Shown one piece after another: positions 10,498-20,000 of a DNA stretch of 20,000 bases. Numbering within the stretch: position 1 is the first letter of the stretch; each line of letters begins with the position of its first letter. Source of the stretch: Toensbergia leucococca (Eukaryota); NCBI GenBank assembly GCA_022813965.1, contig JALDZS010000108.1, positions 57,719 through 77,718 on the forward strand. The letters run 5' to 3'. The translations under genes were made by a program, and so were the position numbers. Below the pieces are notes generated by a model. It was not told where the DNA came from and did no database searches. It saw only the letters and a program-made list of their open reading frames with translations.

Positions 10498-11468
10498 TCA
10501 TCTCAGAACATCCATGGATATCGAGGCCTCGGTTTCCGTCTCAGCCATATCTTCAGCTTCGTGCTCAAGGTCCACATAATGGTACACCCAAAACGAGCAA
10601 AAAACAAATGTGCCACCTGCAATAGCCGTGATAGTCAGATAAATCACCGCAATCTCCTTAAAAGTCAGCAAATCATCTTATGCTGAAACCCCCATAGAGG
10701 CTAAGAAAACACGATCAAAACTTACGTTTGCACCTGTATTCCACTCACTTCCCCTTATAAGCGGTGTACACACAAATATTGTCAATCCTACCAAGTAGAA
10801 GCACACCGAATACGACATGAACATCACAGGGCACTGCCACGTAAACACCATCTTCCACCTGGGCTTCCATACTCCAACTATACGCCCTCCAGTCTGCGAC
10901 TCTGCCTCCAGTCCTTGTCGCCGCACCTCCATCATCATGAGTGGAAGATAACGGCGCACACTTGCGACGTCAGACCGGTTGTCGTTGACAACGGAGGGTA
11001 CTCCCAGCAAACTGAGCACTGCTATTTGCTGCGCCGAGATTAGAATCCCAAGGATGGAGAGCACCAGGCTACAGTACCAGAGTGCGGATGCGAGCCAGTA
11101 GGCATCGGGGGTTGCGGTCCAGGAGAAGGACCCGATGACTGCGGCAGCAAGAATGGCGCACTAAGGTCTTTGTTGGCTACAACGAGATTTTGAATAAGAG
11201 ACACAAAGACAGACAGATAGATAACAGGTTAGAGCAAGGGGATTGATGGTAATGAGACATGGCTTACGGCGATGGAGATGAATTGAAGCTCCGCAATCTT
11301 GCGCGTTCGCCAGCGAACGAGGAGACGTAGCAGCTCAGTAGGTTGTGCGGATTGCGAAGTGCATGCCGCTATACGAAGGATAGGCTGCAAGGTGTTAAAA
11401 TTAAAAAAGCGGTAATAAGGGAGTGTCCCCAAGTGGACGACGAATTTGAGGATAGCGAGGAGGAGGTG
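10498..11468 (-). CDS. Small multi-pass membrane protein of unknown function (first exon/start codon not located); exons 11468-11268, 11160-10726, ~10656-10498
   Basis: Spliced frame HLLLAILKFVVHLGTLPYYRFFNFNTLQPIL...WRTRKIAELQFISIA|CAILAAAVIGSFSW...YWLASALWYCSLVLSILGILISAQQ...RWKMVFTWQCPVMFMSYSVCFYLVGLTIFVCTPL...|IAVIYLTITAIAGGTFVFCSFWVYHYVDL...*; donors GTAAGC and GTAAGT; an upstream CTGAC...TAG acceptor at 11469 implies a further 5' exon. Confidence 0.8.
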
Positions 11469-12616
11469 CTATCGATGGAGACACATCGTCAGTCCAAAAT
11501 CAGTAGATAGCATAATAGTGAAAGTCTTTCGGGAGAGAATCCAGTCTTTGGATAGTTTATACATATATCGGGTTCAAGGAGAAAAACCTAATATAAAGGA
11601 TGACTCGGGTGAAATGCAGTATGAGATTTCATGATATCTGCTCTCTGATGCTATAAGATGCGATAGATACTATACAACAGAACAGATAGTACCTCGGACT
11701 TGTTCGAAGTTTTAATGAACCATGCTCTCAGTGGATTTTTGCTTGGCATGTTGATCTAGACCATAGCTGTACTCGGCAAACGCATCAGGAAGAAAAGCAT
11801 ACAAGAAGTCTGAGATATGTAGCATAAGATGTAGTTAGCTGCTCTAATAGATAGATAATATGGAGTACCTCGTCAGTGGCGATGTCTCGTCATCAGGCTA
11901 AATATGCCGTCCGCCCAAAGTTGTAGTACCGATCTCCCGACTGAGGCTGCCAGGATGCAGGCATGCCTTAGATCTACCAAACGCTCCAACAAGGAGGGTG
12001 GGAGGGTGTGAGGGTGAAGGAACAGAATCCCAAGGCAAGAGAATCAGATACCTAACTTAAAAGGAGAATAAGGTACTCGCAGGGCTCCTCGAGGCTCTGA
12101 GGTAGTAAGACTAAGGTAGCTCGTATTATCTTATGTGACAGATTATGGTATTCTACGCCATGCCGCTTTGAGACAAGGAGGTACCTTATCGGTACCTACC
12201 TACGCACCTCTTGGGTCTCGAGCTCTTCTACCTTCCACCCGAAGACTCTCACCTTCTCAACCTCTCATCATCCCCAAGAAAGATTGACCCATAGAGGTCA
12301 GATCGACAGTAAAACATTACAGCATCCAAGGCAAGATACTTGTCTTTTACAACTCAGACCATCACTTGGCGGCTCCTTCCGCAAGTCGAGTATTTATCGT
12401 GTCTCTATTAAATCCATGTCTTCCTTTCATGGAACCTCCGTTAGTGGCACATGCCGTACCAAGAAAACAAAGACTAAAGACCAACAAAACAAAGATAAGA
12501 GCCTGCGAGGCTGAACCCAGAATTCTTAACGTACAACCCTGACATGACCACCGACGCCTAACGCCGCCCAGAAAATCAGGCAACGTGTCTCAAGGTTCCT
12601 TCGGACTATGAGAAAA

Positions 12617-14575
12617 TCAACCCCTTCTCGGGGACTGATATCGCCAATACTTTCTACATTTCTCCATCTCTTCGTCCAAGCGCCTTTGCGGCATGGGTCG
12701 ATGATCTTGAATCAGATGTTCCCGAAATTGCTCGCGATGGAAAAAGTAGTCCTCCCTTTTGCAGCCTTTGATTCGACACTTGAAATTGGCACCTGTGGCG
12801 TACCGTTCCCACATTGCAGCATCCGACACTCGAGCTCTTCTTCGTTTGACAAGCTCCGCCGCGCACGCTTCAAGTTGGCTGTGCGTCTTGTAATGCATGG
12901 CCCATCCCGCAAAAGCATCGCTGATGGTCTTGATGGTTTTTGACCCCGCCAATCTGTTGCCAGCCAGTCTTGTGAACGGACTGTCTTTCGGCTCCCACTC
13001 ATCAAATTCAACATCCAAAGCACCAGGATTGTTCAACCGAAAGTACGGAAAGTCTTCTCGTGCGGAAAATTCTTCCATATCCCCGTGGATCATTTCTGGG
13101 TCCGTTGCCGTTTGAGCAATGCTCCTCACTCTTGGAATTATAGACAGTAAACCTCTCTCTCGAGGACGCTCATCTCGCCTGGCGGTTCCGACACTGACCA
13201 CGACGCCGATAAAGTTGTTTCCATACGCTTCCTCGATCTCCCGAGTACCCTCCCGAGTAGGATTGTTAGTATAATTGAAACCTCCATCGGTAAAGAGCAT
13301 GTGCCTTGACGCGCCAGGAATGGGGATTTTCAACGGCTCAAAGTAGAAAGGAGCTGCTGTGGCAGCTCGAGCAACCTCCCAAATCTCAAATTCCTGAGCA
13401 TTATCGTAGTTAATACTTCGTTTTTGCCTTCCTTTCGGTCGTTCTCCAACACTGACATTGCCAGATTTTCCAGTATTGGATCGACTTGTATGTGTCGTCG
13501 TTTTGCGTGTTGACATTTTCGACTGATCGGGCGAAGTTCGCTGATTGTGATCATACGAACGGATCAGGTACAGCGTTCCCACAGCCTTCTGATTAGACTC
13601 GGTCTTCAAGGTAGTAACGAATCTATATGTCGTAAGCCTTGCGACTTCTGCTTTTCTCGAATGACTTTGAAAACAAAGGGAACATATCAGTGCGAGACTT
13701 TATATTTTTGCCGTTTTCCGGATCAGTTATCATACTTTTCTGTTCTTATAATCCTCTAGCTTTGAAAAGTCTACTCTAATTGAGCGCGTAAGAACAAATG
13801 TAATACTGACGTTCTGCACAACCCTCTTTCCGATGGGAATTTCACTCTACCATGACTCGACTGCTCACTGCGTCTCTCTGTGACATTCTCGAATACTTTC
13901 TTCAGTTCATTGGCCCTGTATTTTGTCTTGTTTCCTACACCAAAACGAAGCGTAGTAAAGAAGCGCGGTTTTCCAAACACCTCTTGGCCCAGAGTTTCAT
14001 ATTCAGATATGCAGTCCGGAACAGTCATACGAAACCTTCCCAGCATGATGGCAATAAGTCTGACAAACTCGTCAGCGACCAGAATTGAACGAGGCGAGAA
14101 GTCCTTACGCTCCAGTGCTAGAACCGCAAATATAATCAAAATAATGACAAGGAAAGTATCTCCGGGTCTTTGAGATGGCGCGTTGTTTATCCTCTGAGGT
14201 ATTGGCATCGTGAAGTCCTTTTTTCTCTTCCTCGGTAAGAGGAACTTGTGAGAAATTGTCAGGCAAGGCTTGGGGAGAGAAGCTATGTTGGGTCCTCTCG
14301 TCTTCTTGCTCTTCTTTCTCAGCAATGTATTCCATGAGTGTTCTTAGAGCTAAAAGGCTCCAATAACCGCGAATACCACCACCATCTATCAACTCATATG
14401 GTTAGCATGACATGAGGAAATAGGTGAAGAGCATTGGGCAACCTAAGCTGAGTAAATTATAGGTCTTCAACCTCTCATCGACGCTGTCATCAATACTTCC
14501 AGGCTCCTCGTGGATGGGAGTAATACTATCATCAACTTCCTGCCGCTGAGCAGCCTCATAAAGCTGAGCTGCCAT
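12617..14575 (-). CDS. Patatin-like phospholipase (iPLA2-gamma-like) with C-terminal C2H2-type zinc-finger-like motif; exons 14575-14443, 14385-14109, 14059-13811, 13622-12617
   Basis: LLSL|DGGGIRG oxyanion loop, PCHYFDYICGSSTGA|LIAIMLGRFRM (GxSxG nucleophile), IWEVARAATAAPFYF, catalytic FTDGG..NNP, VVSVGT, YFRLN; CRIKGC-x14-H-x4-H at 12778-12701. Confidence 0.9.
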
Positions 14576-15565
14576 TGCGACCAGGAGACGAAACAACAAA
14601 TCAAAAGTCAAAAGTAAGATTAGACCAATACACTTTAGAGTTCATGTCTTGCCTTATAAGTGCCCGTTTCGCCCCAGGTACAATTTGCAGAGCCGCAACC
14701 CATGGATTTGTTCAAGGATTACGAAACAAAGAAATGTGTCGATCGCTTTGCGTCAGTAAATTGCGAGACTTCGTGGGACCAATGCCCATTGTTGTAAAAC
14801 GCCTCAAACCCATAGTCAGGCTCTTACCAGGATTACTTGAGACCTCACAAAGGCACTAAATTCAAAGGCGCCCAAGCTGAGATGGGCACTGCGGCTGGCC
14901 ATAAACAGGTAAACGGGAAGAGAGAAACGGATTTGTGGAAATGCAGTATCGCTAGGAAAAGAAAAGGAAAGTCAAGTGGGGCAGGCTCGAACGGGACCAA
15001 GAGGGCAGTTCAGAAGAAAATACGGTCGTGTAGATCAAGACTAGTAAGCTGAGATGCGAGAATGAGGGCGCCATGTGGGAATCAGCTGCGACCTCGCGTG
15101 TGTGCCGCCATACCCTATCGCGGAGTTATAGCCAAGAATCATCTAGGAAGCAGCAAGAAACCCTGTGTGGATGCCAAAGAGATGCAATCATTGGTCAGGA
15201 AATTGGGATGCACACTGCAGCCAGTATTGAATGTGTATCGCCCACGAGCCGCGTGGATAAGTAATGTGACAATAACAGGGTGCCTAACGTCAAGCGGAGT
15301 AAGCCTCACCAGACGCCACAAGAACTGACGCACGAGACAACAGATTCATTTCTCCAATTGCAACAGTGGTGCCAACCTTCCTGAATCCATTGACGCCTCA
15401 TGATCTACTATGAAAATAAAAGGTACGTATATCGGTAATCTTACCATGTATTTTCGTGCTCAATCAACGCTCCTTCTACCTTGTATTATATCACTGCATC
15501 ACCAACGATCGCTCCTTCAATATTCGCCTGGAACCTGTGTATTTCTGTAACTACTTATATCCTCT

Positions 15566-16067
15566 ATGGATACTGTGGATCAGAACAAAGCTGTCGGTGC
15601 AACTGTAGCCGGGGAGGCCGAATCCTCAAGGAACAAAAATCGCTCGAGGACACCTGGTAGAGTTCTGGTCTACGATTGCGATCAGAGGACCCTCCAAGTG
15701 CAGAACGAAAGTCTTGTTCAGTGTAAGTCATCGTTCAAGATACTTACATATACAAAGCTAACAGCAGTCCTCACGGTCAGATCTAGAAGACTATAAAACG
15801 GTGCAACTTCCGCCGCGAAAAAAGGAAGTTACAATTTTCGTGGATCCGGAGACCGAGTCTAAACCAACGACAGCAAGAAAAGCACAAGATGGGCATAGTA
15901 ACGTCATGCTTGCGAAAATCTATCTCGACCGCTTAGGCGCTTGGAACCAGATACGACGAATTCGAGGACAACTATCGATACTTTACGTAACGAACATAAT
16001 ACCATGGAGCGAAACATCATCAAGGATGTCCAGTGTGCAGAATAATATGGGTGAAGTTGCGTTATAA
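15566..16067 (+). CDS. Orphan hypothetical protein, 147 aa; exons 15566-15722 and 15781-16067
   Basis: Two ORF-track fragments are joined in frame by a canonical 58-nt intron (GTAAGT...GCTAAC...CAG, 15723-15780), giving ...VQNESLVQ-YLEDYKTVQLPPRKKEVTIFVDP...; no family recognised. Confidence 0.55.
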
Positions 16068-16769
16068 GATATAGTGTTGTTTTGCGAATGGTTTGGTTAG
16101 ATTGGCCTGTTGAGCGTGGAAAACGTAGTATTATGGGTGTTAGCTGATTTGCTTTCTAGGGCTGGGTCAAGCATCAAAGGACATGCAATTGACTCAGGGG
16201 ACATATTGTATGCTATAGGATATAACAAATTTCGATGTTGTAGGTTGCGTCCTTGAAAGTGCAAGCAACTAAACTGGGAAACAAAATCTAAAAGCAATAA
16301 GCTTGCCTATGGCTCCCATGTGCATGTCTCTCGACTCATCGCCATCATTACCTCTCTACGCCGCCAATGCCTTAATATCCAAAAGCTATCGCTAGAAGAC
16401 GGCTTGTATCCGGCAAACCCTAGACCTTCAACCTTGGTTCGGGCGTTCAGCATGATGTCCAACTCGCTGGTCATAACCTATCACGAAGACCTTCGTAATT
16501 TGACTGCCTGGCCAGAATCCCAAGGCTCTTGGGCTACTATGACGTGGGCCGATCAGCAAGGCTGCGATGATTGAAGTACAGTATGGAGTATGACATTGCA
16601 TAGAAACACGGGCTGGTCAAATCGTAACTGCTGACACGCCTCAAGGCTACTACCAAAATGTCATCAGTCCATATCTTCATGATATTATCACGTTGTAACT
16701 GCGCACTATGAAGAAACGTCTATCTGCTGTAACGTAAAACTCATTTTGACTCATCAGTCTCGAATCATT

Positions 16770-17192
16770 CTTTGAGCCAGCAGAAGCAGGGCAGCAAGGC
16801 TGTCATTTGATGTCTGCATACCATGTACTCTGGGCCTTACAGAACCCTGCGCATTTAGAACAGTCACATACCCATTAGCACCAATCCCTGATGACACTGA
16901 TGCTCCCAGGCCCCCAACACCACCAAGTCTCAAATGAACATTAACACTCCTACAAATCCAGCCTGAGGAAAACCCTTGGGAACTGAGAGCCTTTGATAAC
17001 TTCATGTCAGTCATGGGCAAGTACTGATATGACTGGCTTACCCGGCTCCGATACAGCCTCTGTTGCAGCCACGACCGAGATGAAAGCGATCTTACTTTAG
17101 ATCCTATAGTCAAGCGCATGAGAGAGAAGGCCGGTAAAGCGCTGCCGCGGGAGAATGAACTGGAGTGTCCTCGGGTAGGAGACGGCATATGA
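16770..17192 (+). pseudogene. Decayed fragment resembling the C-terminal region of fungal DHHC palmitoyltransferase PFA5
   Basis: + frame reads FDVCIP...FRTVTYPL...PSLK*TLTLLQIQPEENPWELRAFDNFMSVMGKY*YDWLTRLRYSLCCSHDRDESDLTLDPIVKRMREKAG, matching my recollection of the Pfa5 tail (RTFAIL..PGENPWDLG...NFKSVMG..WYDW.LP..YSPCC.HD......LGPVV.RMR.EAG); in-frame TGA at 16935 and 17025; no DHHC domain seen nearby. Confidence 0.75.
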
Positions 17193-17857
17193 TTACACAC
17201 ACAGAACTCTCCGGTCAAAGAACTTGCAGTATCAGATTTTGAAAATATGAGAGTCAATTGTGACAAAGAGGACAGCATGCACATTGCAGTATTGAGTTTG
17301 TGAGACAGATCAGTAACATTTGACAGAATCAGGATGTAGATTATATTTCCCAGACTCTGGGAATCAAAAAGGAACAATTTCTTTGTAATATTAGATGACA
17401 CACAAGTCGAGACTGCAAAACACGGCTGATACTGTCATGAACAATAGAGGCTTGAAAGAGTGATTGAAAGACGGAAGGCTGGTAAGCAAAGGAGTCAGGT
17501 GGTGAGGGAGTCCCTCGAGTGATACGAGTACCTAACTGTAGAAGTGCACAAGAGTAATTCGTTTTTATGCACTTTTTATGAACGTAATATTCAATTTATC
17601 CTAAATGGGACATCAACAGGAGCTACCCCTTATCCGTATCATAATCGCCAATCGCCCTGTCTTCCCAGAATACCATATTCCATCCATCAATATCTACTAA
17701 TTGTACAAAAGTACATCGCCTTCTCTATCGTCACTCCTTGCAATTACACGTCACTCTACAGCGATAATAGTCATTTTATTGAAACCCTCGCTCCTTTCTT
17801 GCTTGAATACATCTCATACACCAAAGCACCCTTCAACACCGAGCACCAACCGCAACG

Positions 17858-18317
17858 ACGGCGTCAGCATTGGCTCCATTGCTGTTCTATCCATCGCACG
17901 TCGACCCGACACTTCGGTCGCCATCCGCAGGAACCTTCAAGACGCCTCCCTCGGCAGATATCCGGGCGCCTTCACCTTTGCCGTCGTTGGGGCACGACAT
18001 ATCACGGCCTTCCTCCACTTCGACACAATCGTCGGCCGCACTGCGACAACATCAATACCAGCAGCAATCAAGCAATTTGAATCATGCTCAACCTCCATTG
18101 TCTGCCCTAGCTTCAGTCGCCTGCGGTCATTCTCCACAACTGAGGTGCGTCGCTTCTGCAGATTATCTTCACGCGATTCCAATTAGGACCCGCGAAGCTT
18201 GAAAAAGAAATGCTGACCGCTTCTTCGGTTCACAGGGCATATAACAGTAACAGTATGCCATATGCTCCTACTACTACTTCCCCTGCTGCGACAACTACAG
18301 GCCCGGGCAACGTTCCA
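17858..18317 (+). CDS. areB: Upstream coding exons of a long areB isoform (non-AUG start at ACG 17855/17858 or TTG 17870; exons to 18144 and 18236-18317, spliced to 18463)
   Basis: Frame opens after TGA at 17804 with no ATG; LAPLLFYPSHVDPTLRSPSAGTFKTPP...PPLSALASVA..SPQL; intron GTGCGT...GCTGAC...CAG (18145-18235); exon RAYNSNSMPYAP...GNVP; intron GTGAGT...CTAAC...CAG (18318-18462) joins in phase 0 to TVCQNC. Confidence 0.7.
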
Positions 18318-18349
18318 GTGAGTTTGCATCCTGAAGCACTGCTGCAAGC

Positions 18350-18394
18350 CTTATCCTTATCGTCCAAATTCTTCCTCTTCTCAAATTCCTTATC
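18350..18394 (-). promoter_or_regulatory. Cluster of three GATAAG (GATA-factor) sites just upstream of the internal areB AUG
   Basis: CTTATC at 18350-18355, 18356-18361 and 18389-18394; AUG at 18424. Confidence 0.55.
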
Positions 18395-18423
18395 GCACCC
18401 CGTTTTTTTCTGCTCATCCAGCA

Positions 18424-19376
18424 ATGGCGACCCTAACTGATCGCGATCATGCAAATTCACAGACCGTATGCCAAAATTGCACAACCTCAACCACGCCCTT
18501 ATGGCGCAGGGACGAAATCGGTTCAGTCCTTTGCAACGCCTGTGGCCTTTTCCTCAAGTTACACGGTACACCTCGACCGATAAGTCTCAAAACCGACGTT
18601 ATCAAAAGTCGTAACCGCGTCAAAAGTGGTGGGCAACCACAGAAGAAGAAGGTAAGAACAATGTCTGCTTGTCACAATACTGCCGAATCTCTTCTGACAC
18701 GCGACAATAGTCACTTTTTCATAGCAATGGCATGTCCGCATCACACTCGGATGCAGGCAGCCCTCCCCTAAGACATTCAGACAATCGACGAGTCTCACAC
18801 AAAACCTCTTCTGGTGATTCCGATCACTCAAGTTCCCCAATTTCTCGCACTGTCACTCCCGCCATAAACCATCCGTCAAATATTGCGCCACAGCATGTCT
18901 TTGATGGCCTTAGCATGCCTGAGCATACCTTTCAACCATCGCCCACACTCCCCGCTCTTCTCCACCTACGCCACCCTTCCCCAGGCTCTACCTCCTCCCT
19001 CAATGATCGCCACCTCGAACCCCCACTAACCTACGAGGGGTTACTACAAGCCAACACGACGCTGAAGACAAGAGTCAGCGAGCTAGAAGTCATCAACGAC
19101 CTCTTTCGAGAACGGGTAGGAGCGCTAGAACAAAACGAAGCAAACGCGCACCGCAATGAGATGATGCTCCGGGAGTCTGAAAACCAAGCCCGACATCTAC
19201 TCGAGCAGTCGCAGCGAAGAGAGAACGATTTGAAAAGGCGGCTCGATGACCTAGAGCGCGAGGTGTTGGATCTAAGGGGCGACCAGGAACCCCAATCCAA
19301 GAGACAGCGCACATCAGACTCGTCCGAATACCCAGATCCACCCCAACCTTTCACAGCTAATGGCACTCACTCCTAA
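18424..19376 (+). CDS. areB: GATA zinc-finger / leucine-zipper transcription factor of the AreB/NreB/ASD-4 (Dal80/Gzf3-like) class, short isoform; exons 18424-18651, 18711-19376 (297 aa)
   Basis: [50 protein letters not shown] (C-x2-C-x17-C-x2-C) plus C-terminal coiled coil [23 protein letters not shown]; intron GTAAGA...CTGAC...TAG (18652-18710) is in phase. Confidence 0.93.
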
Positions 19377-19600
19377 TCTTCGGACGGCAAGCCACATCCC
19401 ACGGAACGTCTTATCTCCTAGCCTCTTGCTCTCAGCCTGTTGATGATACCATAATAACGACTCAAAATCCCCATAATAATAAACATTTTCCGAACATCAG
19501 CCATCACGACGGCCAACTGTACCACTATGAACGAATTTCACCTTTTTTGTTTTGGAACGAAACGAGCGGGTTGAGCGTATCTTGGCGATGTTGTCATGTT

Positions 19601-19621
19601 CGTCGTCGTCGTCGTCGTCGT
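19601..19621. repeat. (CGT)7 microsatellite downstream of areB
   Basis: cgt x7 read directly. Confidence 0.9.
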
Positions 19622-20000
19622 CCAAAAGCTAGCAATGATTACCCCCTTTTCTTTTCCACTTGCACTAATACCCTTCCTTTTCTGGCGTTTGTATGTACTT
19701 TTAGTGTGCGCGCTCCCGGCGGTTCGATGTCACGTCTAGTGGACGCTTGGATTAGGAAAAAGGAAGCGATGATGTGTCTGAAGCTGGGAACTGGAAGGTG
19801 TATGACACGTCAATTCAAGATTCGTCTTCTTGTGGGCATGCGTTTGTTTTTGTTCCGTGGAGGCTGAGGAGGGAATCTATGCTGTCACACCTCACCTCTA
19901 CTTTAGGTAGGTAGATTCTGGTTCTTGAAAAGAAGGTCCGCGATTTCACTGTGCTTGTGCCTTGAGGATACGTAGATAATGATACATAAGTTCCATGCTT

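Noticed and set aside
11469..11515. In-frame ATG...TAG upstream of the TM gene as stop-codon readthrough or A-to-I editing
   Set aside because: The TAG is preceded by a CTGAC branch site at normal spacing and is more simply an intron acceptor, although the matching donor was not identified.
16320..16574. 84-aa ORF as a possible upstream part of the PFA5-like fragment or a third orphan exon
   Set aside because: Resemblance too weak to support by eye; no DHHC motif and no convincing splice link.
16754..17401. 215-aa minus-strand ORF
   Set aside because: Non-ATG start, no motif, and it is the antisense register of the PFA5-like pseudogene.
1..20000. tRNA, rRNA, CRISPR arrays, intact mobile elements
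   Set aside because: None recognised; a covariance-model and repeat-library search would be needed to exclude small ncRNAs or MITEs.

Overview
Eukaryotic (filamentous ascomycete, Pezizomycotina-type) genomic DNA with short GT-AG introns and CTRAC/CTGAT branch sites. Left to right: the 3' end of a + strand gene ending in an RFHPDKF motif; a ~1.4 kb G-depleted, degenerate-repeat tract; a 3-exon membrane protein (-); mitochondrial NADPH-adrenodoxin reductase ARH1 (+); the 7-exon MutL homologue PMS1 (-); a small multi-TM protein (-); a 4-exon patatin-like phospholipase with a C-terminal C2H2-like finger (-); a 2-exon orphan gene (+); a decayed fragment resembling the C-terminus of palmitoyltransferase PFA5 (+); and an AreB/ASD-4-type GATA/leucine-zipper factor (+). 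Most notable: (1) sharp C-rich to G-rich strand switches 170-370 nt upstream of the stop codons of all four convergent genes in the first 7 kb; (2) a multi-isoform areB locus with an AUG-less upstream coding exon, an intron-embedded alternative AUG and three GATAAG sites; (3) the transition-riddled PFA5-like pseudogene hidden under an antisense ORF. All exon structures were derived by hand from splice signals and reading-frame continuity; family assignments come from recalled motifs, not database searches.
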